64,000 bases of DNA, from assembly GCA_032718475.1 (NCBI GenBank), contig JAUCBJ010009044.1:1-64000 (forward strand), in the 5' to 3' direction. The stretch comes from Nemertoderma westbladi. Its lineage: Eukaryota; Animalia; Xenacoelomorpha. Both the position numbers and the translations under genes were made by a program. The notes under the pieces are model-generated. The model saw only the letters and a list, made by a program, of their open reading frames with translations, was not told the origin of the DNA and ran no database searches. Positions 1-54,579 of this stretch are shown here, piece after piece. How positions within the stretch are numbered: position 1 is the stretch's first letter; every line of letters starts with the position of its first letter.

Positions 1-3000
1 ACATTTCCATCACGATTTAAGAGCTGACATGACACTTTCATCACGATTTAAGAGCTGACTTGATACTTTCATCACGATTTAAGAGCTGACTTGATACTTT
101 CATCACGATTTAAGAGCTGACTTGATACTTTCATCACGATTTAAGAGCTGACTTGATACTTTCATCACGATTTAAGAGCTGACTTGATACTTTCATCACG
201 ATTTAAGAGCTGACTTGACACTTTCATCACGATTTAAGAGCTGACTTGATACTTTCATCACGATTTAAGAGCTGACTTGACACTTTCATCACGATTTAAG
301 AGCTGACTTGATACTTTCATCACGATTTAAGAGCTGACTTGACACTTTCATCACGATTTAAGAGCTGACTTGACACTTACATCACGATTTAAGAGCTGAC
401 TTGACACTTTCATCACGATTTAAGAGCTGACTTGATACTTTCATCACGATTTAAGAGCTGACTTGACACTTTCATCACGATTTAAGAGCTGACTTGATAC
501 TTTCATCACGATTTAAGAGCTGACTTGACACTTTCATCACGATTTAAGAGCTGACTTGACACTTTCATCACGATTTAAGAGCTGACTTGATACTTTCATC
601 ACGATTTAAGAGCTGACTTGATACTTTCATCACGATTTAAGAGCTGACTTGACACTTTCATCACGATTTAAGAGCTGACTTGACACTTTCATCACGATTT
701 AAGAGCTGACTTGATACTTTCATCACGATTTAAGAGCTGACTTGACACTTTCATCACGATTTAAGAGCTGACTTGACACTTTCATCACGATTTAAGAGCT
801 GACTTGATACTTTCATCACGATTTAAGAGCTGACTTGATACTTTCATCACGATTTAAGAGCTGACTTGACACTTTCATCACGATTTAAGAGCTGACTTGA
901 TACTTTCATCACGATTTAAGAGCTGACTTGACACTTTCATCACGATTTAAGAGCTGACTTGACACTTTCATCACGATTTAAGAGCTGACTTGACACTTTC
1001 ATCACGATTTAAGAGCTGACTTGACACTTTCATCACGATTTAAGAGCTGACTTGATACTTTCATCACGATTTAAGAGCTGACTTGATACTTTCATCACGA
1101 TTTAAGAGCTGACTTGACATTTTCATCACGATTTAAGAGCTGACTTGATACTTTCATCACGATTTAAGAGCTGACTTGACACTTTCATCACGATTTAAGA
1201 GCTGACTTGATACTTTCATCACGATTTAAGAGCTGACTTGACACTTTCATCACGATTTAAGAGCTGACTTGACACTTTCATCACGATTTAAGAGCTGACA
1301 TGACACTTTCATCACGATTTAAGAGCTGACTTGATACTTTCATCACGATTTAAGAGCTGACTTGATACTTTCATCACGATTTAAGAGCTGACTTGACACT
1401 TTCATCACGATTTAAGAGCTGACTTGATACTTTCATCACGATTTAAGAGCTGACTTGACACTTTCATCACGATTTAAGAGCTGACTTGATACTTTCATCA
1501 CGATTTAAGAGCTGACTTGACACTTTCATCACGATTTAAGAGCTGACTTGACACTTTCATCACGATTTAAGAGCTGACTTGACATTTTCATCACGATTTA
1601 TGAGCTGACTTGACATTTTCATCACGATTTAAGAGCTGACTTGACACTTTCATCACGATTTAAGAGCTGACTTGACATTTTCATCACGATTTAAGAGCTG
1701 ACTTGACACTTTCATCACGATTTAAGAGCTGACTTGACATTTTCATCACGATTTAAGAGCTGACTTGACACTTTCATCACGATTTAAGAGCTGACTTGAC
1801 ACTTTCATCACGATTTAAGAGGTGACTTGACACTTTCATAACGATTCAAGAGGTGACTTGACACTTTCATAACGATTTAAGAGCTGACTTGACACTTTCA
1901 TCACGATTTAAGAGCTGACTTGACACTTTCATCACGATTTAAGAGCTGACTTAACACTTTCATCACGATTTAAGAGCTGACTTGACACTTTCATCGCGAT
2001 TTATGAGCTGACTTGACATTTTCATCACGATTTAAGAGCTGACTTGACACTTTCATCACGATTTAAGAGCTGACTTGACATTTTCATCACGATTTAAGAG
2101 CTGACTTGACACTTTCATCACAATTTAAGAGGTGACTTGACACTTTCATAACGATTTAAGAGGTGACTTGACACTTTCATCACGATTTAAGAGCTGACTT
2201 GACATTTTCATCACGATTTAAGAGCTGACTTGACACTTTCATCACGATTTAAGAGCTGACTTGACACTTTCATCACGATTTAAGAGGTGACTTGACACTT
2301 TCATAACGATTTAAGAGGTGACTTGACACTTTCATAACGATTTAAGAGCTGACTTGACACTTTCATCACGATTTAAGAGCTGACTTGACACTTTCATCAC
2401 GATTTAAGAGGTGACTTGACACTTTCTTAACGATTTAAGAGGTGACTTGACACTTTCATAACGATTTAAGAGCTGACTTGACACTTTCATCACGATTTAA
2501 GAGCTGACTTGATACTTTCATCACGATTTAAGAGCTGACTTGACATTTTCATCACGATTTAAGAGCTGACTTGACACTTTCATCACGATTTAAGAGCTGA
2601 CTTGATACTTTCATCACGATTTAAGAGCTTACTTGACATTTTTATCACGATTTAAGAGCTGACTTGACACTTTCATCACGATTTAAGAGCTGACTTGACA
2701 CTTTCATAACGATTTAAGAGCTGACTTGATACTTTCATCACGATTAAGAGCTGACTTGACATTTTCATCACGATTTAAGAGCTGACTTGACACTTTCATC
2801 ACGATTTAAGAGCTGACTTGACACTTTCATCACGATTTAAGAGCTGACTTGACACTTTCATCACGATTTAAGAGCTTACTTGACACTTTCATAACGATTT
2901 AAGAGCTGACTTGACACTTTCATCACGATTTAAGAGCTGACTTGACATTTTCATCACGATTTAAGAGCTGACTTGACACTTTCATCACGATTTAAGAGCT

Positions 3001-3821
3001 GACTTGACAGTTTCATCACGATTTAAGAGCTGACTTGACAGTTTCATCACGATTTAAGAGCTGACTTGACACTTTCATCACGATTTATGAGCTGACATGA
3101 CACTTTCATCACGATTTAAGAGCTGACTTGATACTTTCATCACGATGTAAGAGCTGACTTGACATTTTCATCACGATTTAAGAGCTGACTTGACAGTTTC
3201 ATCACGATTTAAGAGCTGACTTGACACTTTCATCACGATTTAAGAGCTGACTTGATACTTTCATCACGATTTAAGAGCTGACTTGACACTTTCATCACGA
3301 TTTAAGAGCTGACTTGACACTTTCATCACGATTTAAGAGCTGACTTGACACTTTCATCACGATTTAAGAGCTGACTTGACACTTTCATCACGATTTAAGA
3401 GCTGACTTGACACTTTCATCACGATTTAAGAGCTGACTTGATACTTTCATCACGATTTAAGAGCTGACTTGACACTTTCATCACGATTTAAGAGCTGACT
3501 TGATACTTTCATCACGATTTAAGAGCTGACTTGACACTTTCATCACGATTTAAGAGCTGACTTGATACTTTCATCACGATTTAAGAGCTGACTTGACACT
3601 TTCATCACGATTTAAGAGCTGACTTGATACTTTCATCACGATTTAAGAGCTGACTTGACACTTTCATCACGATTTAAGAGCTGACTTGATACTTTCATCA
3701 CGATTTAAGAGCTGACTTGACACTTTCATCACGATTTAAGAGCTGACTTGATACTTTCATCACGATTTAAGAGCTGACTTGACACTTTCATCACGATTTA
3801 AGAGCTGACTTGATACTTTCA
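1..3821. repeat. 31-bp tandem satellite (CTTTCATCACGATTTAAGAGCTGACTTGAYA), ~123 copies, intronic, runs off the left edge
   Basis: Period of 31 read directly (CACGATTTAA at 11, 42, 73...). No spacers. Ends ~40 bp before the splice acceptor at 3861-3862. Confidence 0.97.
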
Positions 3822-3862
3822 TACGGCCGAACAACTGACTGACTAATCACACTTCTCCGCAG

Positions 3863-5668
3863 ATCTAAGACAGTTGTTGAATCCGCTGATGGTGAATGCG
3901 AAGGTTCCGACACAGAAACCACTGACTGCGATCCCGAACAATGTCCCAACGCTTGCATCATTGATGGTATCACATATCTCCCCGGAGAAACATGGCCTAT
4001 TGATGAATGTAACTACTGTGAATGTGTTGAAGGCTCGTCTGTCTGTGAGAATGAAGAATGCCCCGGTAGGTTAAATATATTTAAATTAATTAATTTGTTT
4101 TAATTTAATAATTCTATCATGTAATACTAAAGTGTTAATACTAAATTTACTAAATCTACTAACTGTTGCCTTGGTGATTTACTTGAGAATATTACCTCTT
4201 TGTATAAGAATAACAAATTATTTTAATTTCCTCGGCGAATTAATAATAATAATTATCAATAAAGGGAAAGGATCGAGTTACATTGGCACGCTTTTCTAAT
4301 CAAAACAATAAACGAAAGTCAATAGATCAAAGTCAATATTCTTATAATATATAGTATATTATATGATGTAATAATATAGACTATTGAATTTTTGCTTGTA
4401 CTTGTACAAATACTGTGATTTATTTATTTATTTATCGACAGACTGTATTGAATCCTTTGATCCCGATGTGTCCTACTGCCAGGGCTGCGCGCCGGCCGCT
4501 AACTGCTCTACAGACTGTAGCTGCTCCGACATCGGACTATCGATCAACTCCCAAGGACAATGCGTCAATCAGGAGGATTGCCAAGTGTGCGTGGACGCTG
4601 ACGGCCGAGTGTGGCAGGTGGGTTGCAGAATATGTTAATAGATACGATTTAAACATATTATGTAATTAATAAAAAGTAATTAATTAAGTACATTTTTCTT
4701 CTCGGTTTGTTTAATTAGTTTGACATTTGTAGCACCTGCACTAACACCAGCTGCTACATGATAGCACTAATTTACTAATATGTTTTACCAGCTGGGAGAG
4801 ACAGAATCTCGTGGATACCCTGAATGTGACGTCTGTGAGTGCCAGAACGACGGTAATGTTGTCTGCAGCGGCTCCACTTGCTCTCCTCTTGTCTGCGGTC
4901 CAGACGAAGTAGAACAGATGAACCCTGGTGAATGTTGTCCCGTCTGCGTTCCAGAAAGTGAGTAGATTTTGTTAACTTGTTTCTATTTTTTTTACAATTT
5001 CATGTAATAGTTTCTTATTGTACCTTTCTACACGCCTTCATCCATTTGTACTACACAGCCTCATAATTTGTATATTATTTTCAGCTCCCGAGGAATGCGC
5101 TCCTGTCATAACAGATGAAGTACTCACGGTTAATAACGGCGGAAATGTATGCATTGCAGATAGTGTTGAGATGACACAATGCCAAGGAACATGTCCATCA
5201 AGTCAAGTAAGGATGATCATTTTGTAAATATTTACAAATTAAATCTATAATTCCTGACTTCGTCACCCTAATCTAAGAAATAATATCCAAGTTTCTACTA
5301 AAGCAAGTGCAAGTTTAAATAACATCAAGTAGTATTCTGTCGTTTAAAATATATTGAAACAATTCCACCTGGAATAGTCGCCATATGCAACTTCAGGTTC
5401 AATAACAACTAAGGCAGTGGGTCATAAGTTATATTATAAATAACTCCATCGTTTCATTTACAAACTGACTTATTTTCTTTATTTGCAAATTTTGTAGTCA
5501 GTTGTGATGAATCTACTCAGCAATGTATTTGAACTTGCTACTGACTGCAAGTGCTGTACCGGTGTACCAGAAAACAGGATGATTACCTTCCAATGCCCGG
5601 GTGGCAGCACAATATCACTAAATGTACCCTCAATCTCTCAATGCCAATGCCGCCAGTGTACGCCCTAG
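3863..5668 (+). CDS. 3' end (last 5 coding exons) of a cysteine-rich secreted protein: TSP1 tail, VWC, TIL-like, VWC, C-terminal cystine knot (SCO-spondin / gel-forming mucin / VWF-like)
   Basis: Exons 3863-4065, 4442-4617, 4792-4957, 5085-5206 and 5498-5668 have GT-AG introns with compatible phases. Translation includes CIIDGITYLPGETWPIDECNYCECVEGSSVC (VWC), CDVCECQNDGNVVC...GECCPVC (VWC) and CQGTCPS...DCKCC...FQCPGG...CQCRQCTP* (CTCK). Exact orthology cannot be settled from this fragment. Confidence 0.88.
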
Positions 5669-7302
5669 AAGGTTAGTAAATGTTAGTGTACCCTCAATCT
5701 CTCAATGCCAATGCCGCCAGTGTACGCCCTAGAAGGTTAGTAAATGTTAGTGTACCCTCAATCTCTCAATGCCAATGCCGCCAGTGTACGCCCTAAAAGG
5801 TTAGTAAATGTTAGTGTACCCTCAATCTCTCAATGCCAATGCCGCCAGTGTACGCCCTAAAAGGTTAGTAAATGTTAGTGTACCCTCAATCTCTCAATGC
5901 CAATGCCGCCAGTGTACGCCCTAGAAGGTTAGTAAATGTTAGTGTACCCTCAATCTCTCAATGCCAATGCCGCCAGTGTACGCCCTAGAAGGTTAGTAAA
6001 TGTTAGTGTACCCTCAATCTCTCAATGCCAATGCCGCCAGTGTACGCCCTAGAAGGTTAGTAAATGTTAGTGTACCCTCAATCTCTCAATGCCAATGCCG
6101 CCAGTGTACGCCCTAGAAGGTTAGTAAATGTTAGTGTACCCTCAATCTCTCAATGCCAATGCCGCCAGTGTACGCCCTAGAAGGTTAGTAAATGTTAGTG
6201 TACCCTCAATCTCTCAATGCCAATGCCGCCAGTGTACGCCCTAGAAGGTTAGTAAATGTTAGTGTACCCTCAATCTCTCAATGCCAATGCCGCCAGTGTA
6301 CGCCCTAAAAGGTTAGTAAATGTTAGTGTACCCTCAATCTCTCAATGCCAATGCCGCCAGTGTACGCCCTAGAAGGTTAGTAAATGTTAGTGTACCCTCA
6401 ATCTCTCAATGCCAATGCCGCCAGTGTACGCCCTAGAAGGTTAGTAAATGTTAGTGTACCCTCAATCTCTCAATGCCAATGCCGCCAGTGTACGCCCTAG
6501 AAGGTTAGTAAATGTTAGTGTACCCTCAATCTCTCAATGCCAATGCCGCCAGTGTACGCCCTAGAAGGTTAGTAAATGTTAGTGTACCCTCAATCTCTCA
6601 ATGCCAATGCCGCCAGTGTACGCCCTAGAAGGTTAGTAAATGTTAGTGTACCCTCAATCTCTCAATGCCAATGCCGCCAGTGTACGCCCTAGAAGGTTAG
6701 TAAATGTTAGTGTACCCTCAATCTCTCAATGCCAATGCCGCCAGTGTACGCCCTAGAAGGTTAGTAAATGTTAGTGTACCCTCAATCTCTCAATGCCAAT
6801 GCCGCCAGTGTACGCCCTAAAAGGTTAGTAAATGTTAGTGTACCCTCAATCTCTCAATGCCAATGCCGCCAGTGTACGCCCTAAAAGGTTAGTAAATGTT
6901 AGTGTACCCTCAATCTCTCAATGCCAATGCCGCCAGTGTACGCCCTAGAAGGTTAGTAAATGTTAGTGTACCCTCAATCTCTCAATGCCAATGCCGCCAG
7001 TGTACGCCCTAGAAGGTTAGTAAATGTTAGTGTACCCTCAATCTCTCAATGCCAATGCCGCCAGTGTACGCCCTAGAAGGTTAGTAAATGTTAGTGTACC
7101 CTCAATCTCTCAATGCCAATGCCGCCAGTGTACGCCCTAGAAGGTTAGTAAATGTTAGTGTACCCTCAATCTCTCAATGCCAATGCCGCCAGTGTACGCC
7201 CTAGAAGGTTAGTAAATGTTAGTGTACCCTCAATCTCTCAATGCCAATGCCGCCAGTGTACGCCCTAGAAGGTTAGTAAATGTTAGTGTACCATCAATCT
7301 CT
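5623..7302 (+). repeat. 64-bp tandem array (26 copies) made of the last codons, stop codon and splice donor of the cystine-knot gene
   Basis: Unit TGTACCCTCAATCTCTCAATGCCAATGCCGCCAGTGTACGCCCTAGAAG|GTTAGTAAATGTTAG. The first copy is the real exon end (VPSISQCQCRQCTP*). Confidence 0.97.
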
Positions 7303-7543
7303 AACCGCTAACACCCTAAACATGCCTTCAATGTTGTAGCTTTAATATTTTAAAATGGGTTCATTTAAAATACTGAATTGCTTGTAACACCGTGATATAT
7401 GTGGTATACACCGTGGTACACCGTGGTATACACCGTGGTACACTTACTCTATATATATCGTAATAATTATTGTATAAGTAATTACTTACTATTATTATCT
7501 AGCGAATTGAGAATATTACACATTATTGTTATTATATTTTCAG

Positions 7544-7870
7544 ATAGGAGAACCGTAATATTTCTAACCCGACGTCGACTTTAAGGATATATCGATGGAT
7601 TCAGTTTCGACCGAACTGGTTCATTGATCGATAGTATAATATACTCTCATAGCGCCGCCCACATAGTTTACTATATTATAATAATATAAGTGTTCATTGA
7701 AAGGTTGACTAGTTTTATTTTGTGGAGGTGACTTGTGTAATAACTTGTGCTGTATAATATATAATTCTATTTAATGTGAGGGCGCCGCTTGTTAGTTAGA
7801 AATGCATTGAAAATTTTCCATTGTTTATGTAAGGTTGTGGGAACAATGGAATAAAAAAAAAGTAATACAC
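7544..7870 (+). other. Probable non-coding 3' UTR exon of the cystine-knot gene, with a poly(A) signal
   Basis: Acceptor TATATTTTCAG ends at 7543 and can pair with the donor 3 nt after the stop codon. AATAAA at 7850-7855. The 3' end is inferred. Confidence 0.5.
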
Positions 7871-8110
7871 ATTAAACTTTGCAAAGTTCTGAATCTCTCT
7901 TCTTCATTTTTTTAATTGGGGAAAAATAAACATATAAATAACTTTGATATCACAAAATAATAATTTAAAAATAAAATTAATGAACACTATATACACAAAT
8001 AAATAGAAATTTCGTAGTTCCAATAAATATACTACAAGGTAAAGTGTTTATGTTTTTGGAATTAATAAACTTAATGTAAACCGAGATTTGGGTTGCGATG
8101 GTTAATAATC

Positions 8111-49484
<41,374 letters not shown>

Positions 49485-49767
49485 CTGTTAATGTTAAAAA
49501 GTACAATTAACTCGATATTATTGACATAATTTAGTAGTAAATATATTGATATAGCTGAAGTGATATGTGAATGATCGTTGCCACCCCAGCCAACTTAGTA
49601 GTCTAATCCCCCGCAGCACCCCAGTTGGGGGGTGGTGGCTTTAAGATGCAATAAAAATTCACCCCTCTATGGGATAAAATCGACGGGGCAAATAACAGCC
49701 GATTACTCCCAAAAATAAAATAAAAACTGTAAGCCGTTCTATTGCCTTTAGTTTATTGTTTTGGTAT

Positions 49768-52700
49768 GCCCCCCCCCCCACTCACCTGTAACTCCAATCA
49801 CTCACCTGTAATTCCAACCATCAAGGCGGCTGTCTTCTCGTCCCCCTATGGGTCTGCCCCCCTCCCATTTACCTGTAACTCCAACCAACTTGGCGGCTGT
49901 CTTCTCGTCCTATGGGTCTGCCCCCCTCCCATTTACCTGTAACTCCAACCAACTAGGCGGTTGTAATCTCGTCCCCCTATGGGTCTGCCCCCCTCCCATT
50001 TACCTGTAACTCCAACCAACTTGGCGGCTGTCTTCTCGTCCCCTTATGGGTCTGCCCCCCTCCCATTTACCTGTAACTCCAACCAACTTGGCGGCTGTCT
50101 TCTCGTCCCCCTATGGGTCTGCCCCCCTCCCATTTACCTGTAACTCCAACCAACTTGGCGGCTGTCTTCTCGTCCCCTTATGGGTCTGCCCCCCTCCCAT
50201 TTACCTGTAACTCCAACCAACTTGGTGGCTGTCTTCTCGTCCCCCTATGGGTCTGCCCCCCTCCCATTTACCTGTAACTCCAACCAACTTGGCGGCTGTC
50301 TTCTCGTCCCCTTATGGGTCTGCCCCCCTCCCATTTACCTGTAACTCCAACCAACTTGGCGGCTGTCTTCTCGTCCCCCTATGGGTCTGCCCCCCTCCCA
50401 TTTACCTGTAACTCCAACCAACTAGGCGGTTGTAATCTCGTCCCCCTATGGGTCTGCCCCCCTCCCATTTACCTGTAACTCCAACCAACTTGGCGGCTGT
50501 CTTCTCGTCCCCTTATGGGTCTGCCCCCCTCCCATTTACCTGTAACTCCAACCAACTTGGCGGCTGTCTTCTCGTCCCCATATGGGTCTGCCCCCCTCCC
50601 ATTTACCTGTAACTCCAACCAACTAGGCGGTTGTAATCTCGTCCCCCTATGGGTGTGCCCCCCTCCCATTTACCTGTAACTCCAACCAACTAGGCGGCTG
50701 TCTTCTCGTCCCCCTATGGGTCTGCCCCCCTCCCATTTACCTGTAACTCCAACCAACTAGGCGGTTGTAATCTCGTCCCCCTATGGGTCTGCCCCCCTCC
50801 CATTTACCTGTAACTCCAACCAACTTGGCGGCTGTCTTCTCGTACCCTTATGGGTCTGCCCCCCTTCCATTTACCTGTAACTCCAACCAACTAGGCGGCT
50901 GTCTTCTCGTCCCCCAATGGGTCTGCCCCCCTCCCATTTACCTGTAACTCCAACCAACTAGGCGGCTGTAATCTCGTCCCCCCATGGGTCTGCCCCCCTC
51001 CCATTTACCTGTAACTCCAACCAACTAGGCGGTTGTAATCTCGTCCCCCTATGGGTCTGCCCCCCTCCCATTTACCTGTAACTCCAACCAACTTGGCGGC
51101 TGTCTTCTCGTCCCCTTATGGGTCTGCCCCCCTCCCATTTACCTGTAACTCCAACCAACTTGGCGGCTGTCTTCTCGTCCCCATATGGGTCTGCCCCCCT
51201 CCCATTTACCTGTAACTCCAACCAACTAGGCGGTTGTAATCTCGTCCCCCTATGGGTCTGCCCCCCTCCCATTTACCTGTAACTCCAACCAACTAGGCGG
51301 CTGTCTTCTCGTCCCCCTATGGGTCTGCCCCCCTCCCATTTACCTGTAACTCCAACCAACTAGGCGGTTGTAATCTCGTCCCCCTATGGGTCTGCCCCCC
51401 TCCCATTTACCTGTAACTCCAACCAACTTGGCGGCTGTCTTCTCGTACCCTTATGGGTCTGCCCCCCTTCCATTTACCTGTAACTCCAACCAACTAGGCG
51501 GCTGTCTTCTCGTCCCCCAATGGGTCTGCCCCCCTCCCATTTACCTGTAACTCCAACCAACTAGGCGGCTGTAATCTCGTCCCCCCATGGGTCTGCCCCC
51601 CTCCCCCACCCCACTCACCTGTAACTCCAACCAACTTGGCGGCTGTCTTCTCGTACCCTTATGGGTCTGCCCCCCTTCCATTTACCTGTAACTCCAACCA
51701 ACTTGGCGGCTGTCTTCTCGTCCCCATATGGGTCTGCCCCCCTCCCATTTACCTGTAACTCCAACCAACTAGGCGGCTGTAATCTCGTCCCCCCATGGGT
51801 CTGCCCCCCTCCCATTTACCTGTAACTCCAACCAACTAGGCGGTTGTAATCTCGTCCCCCTATTGGTCTGCCCCCCTCCCATTTACCTGTAACTCCAACC
51901 AACTTGGCGGCTGTCTTCTCGTCCCCTTATGGGTCTGCCCCCCTCCCATTTACCTGTAACTCCAACCAACTTGGCGGCTGTCTTCTCGTCCCCATATGGG
52001 TCTGCCCCCCTCCCATTTACCTGTAACTCCAACCAACTAGGCGGTTGTAATCTCGTCCCCCTATGGGTCTGCCCCCCTCCCATTTACCTGTAACTCCAAC
52101 CAACTAGGCGGCTGTCTTCTCGTCCCCCTATGGGTCTGACCCCTCCCATTTACCTGTAACTCCAACCAACTAGGCGGTTGTAATCTCGTCCCCCTATGGG
52201 TCTGCCCCCCTCCCATTTACCTGTAACTCCAACCAACTTGGCGGCTGTCTTCTCGTCCCCTTATGGGTCTGCCCCCCTCCCATTTACCTGTAACTCCAAC
52301 CAACTAGGCGGCTGTCTTCTCGTCCCCTTATGGGTCTGCCCCCCTCCCATTTACCTGTAACTCCAACCAACTAGGCGGCTGTCTTCTCGTCCCCCTATGG
52401 GTCTGCCCCCCTCCCATTTACCTGTAACTCCAACCAACTAGGCGGCTGTCTTCTCGTCCCCCTATGGGTCTGCCCCCCTCCCATTTACCTGTAACTCCAA
52501 CCAACTAGGCGGTTGTAATCTCGTCCCCCTATGGGTCTGCCCCCCTCCCATTTACCTGTAACTCCAACCAACTTGGCGGCTGTCTTCTCGTACCCTTATG
52601 GGTCTGCCCCCCTTCCATTTACCTGTAACTCCAACCAACTAGGCGGCTGTCTTCTCGTCCCCCAATGGGTCTGCCCCCCTCCCATTTACCTGTAACTCCA

Positions 52701-54579
52701 ACCAACTAGGCGGCTGTAATCTCGTCCCCCCATGGGTCTGCCCCCCTCCCCAACCCCACTCACCTGTAACTCCAACCAACTTGGCGGCTGTCTTCTCGTA
52801 CCCTTATGGGTCTGCCCCCCTTCCATTTACCTGTAACTCCAACCAACTTGGCGGCTGTCTTCTCGTCCCCATATGGGTCTGCCCCCCTCCCATTTACCTG
52901 TAACTCCAACCAACTAGGCGGTTGTAATCTCGTCCCCCTATGGGTCTGCCCCCCTCCCATTTACCTGTAACTCCAACCAACTAGGCGGCTGTCTTCTCGT
53001 CCCCCTATGGGTCTGCCCCCCTCCCATTTACCTGTAACTCCAACCAACGAGGCGGTTGTAATCTCGTCCCCCTATGGGTCTGCCCCCCTCCCATTTACCT
53101 GTAACTCCAACCAACTAGGCGGTTGTAATCTCGTCCCCCTATGGGTCTGCCCCCCTCCCATTTACCTGTAACTCCAACCAACTTGGCGGCTGTCTTCTCG
53201 TACCCTTATGGGTCTGCCCCCCTTCCATTTACCTGTAACTCCAACCAACTAGGCGGCTGTCTTCTAGTCCCCCAATGGGTCTGCCCCCCTCCCATTTACC
53301 TGTAACTCCAACCAACTAGGCGGTTGTAATCTCGTCCCCCTATGGGTCTGCCCCCCTCCCATTTACCTGTAACTCCAACCAACTAGGCGGCTGTCTTCTC
53401 GTCCCCCTATGGGTCTGCCCCCCTCCCCACTCACCTGTAACTCCAACCAACTAGGCGGTTGTAATCTCGTCCCCCTATGGGTCTGCCCCCCTCCCATTTA
53501 CCTGTAACTCCAACCAACTTGGCGGCTGTCTTCTCGTACCCTTATGGGTCTGCCCCCCTTCCATTTACCTGTAACTCCAACCAACTAGGCGGCTGTCTTC
53601 TCGTCCCCCAATGGGTCTGCCCCCCTCCCATTTACCTGTAACTCCAACCAACTAGGCGGCTGTCTTCTCGTCCCCTTATGGGTCTGCCCCCCTCCCATTT
53701 ACCTGTAACTCCAACCAACTTGGCGGCTGTCTTCTCGTCCCCTTATGGGTCTGCCCCCCTCCCATTTACCTGTAACTCCAACCAACTTGGCGGCTGTCTT
53801 CTCGTCCCCCTATGGGTCTGCCCCCCCTCCCATTTACCTGTAACTCCAACCAACTAGGCGGTTGTAATCTCGTCCCCCTATGGGTCTGCCCCCCTCCCAT
53901 TTACCTGTAACTCCAACCAACTAGGCGGCTGTCTTCTCGTCCCCCTATGGGTCTGCCCCCCTCCCATTTACCTGTAACTCCAACCAACTAGGCGGTTGTA
54001 ATCTCGTCCCCCTATGGGTCTGCCCCCCTCCCATTTACCTGTAACTCCAACCAACTTGGCGGCTGTCTTCTCGTCCCCTTATGGGTCTGCCCCCCTCCCA
54101 TTTACCTGTAACTCCAACCAACTTGGCGGCTGTCTTCTCGTCCCCTTATGGGTCTGCCCCCCTCCCATTTACCTGTAACTCCAACCAACTTGGCGGCTGT
54201 CTTCTCGTCCCCTTATGGGTCTGCCCCCCTCCCCCTCCCCACTCACCTGTAACTCCTACAAACTAGGCGGTTGTCTTCTCGTCCCCCAATGGGTCTGCCC
54301 CCCTCCCATTTACCTGTAACTCCAACCAACTAGGCGGCTGTCTTCTCGTCCCCCTATGGGTCTGCCCCCCTCCCATTTACCTGTAACTCCAACCAACTAG
54401 GCGGTTGTAATCTCGTCCCCCTATGGGTCTGCCCCCCTCCCATTTACCTGTAACTCCAACCAACTAGGCGGCTGTCTTCTCGTCCCCCTATGGGTCTGCC
54501 CCCCTCCCATTTACCTGTAACTCCAACCAACTAGGCGGCTGTAATCTCGTCCCCCTATGAGTCTGCTCCCCTCCCATTT
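49768..54579 (-). repeat. 67-bp tandem array (~71 copies) of a MYO7A exon 3' end (GTR[L/R]QPPSWLELQ) plus splice donor
   Basis: Minus-strand unit ...GGGACGAGATTACAGCCGCCTAGTTGGTTGGAGTTACAG|GTAAATGGGAGGGGGGCAGACCCATAG. QPPSWLELQ is the conserved end of MyTH4-1 and directly precedes exon 49484-49311 in myosin VII proteins. Confidence 0.96.

Noticed and set aside
49768-54579. 67-bp unit parsed as a 19-nt GT-AG micro-intron plus an in-frame 48-nt exon (THRGTRLQPPSWLELQ), i.e. a cassette micro-exon array
   Set aside because: 19 nt is far below normal animal intron size, and the AG follows a G-run rather than a pyrimidine tract. Repeating this peptide would also disrupt the MyTH4-FERM junction. 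Only cDNA could revive the idea.
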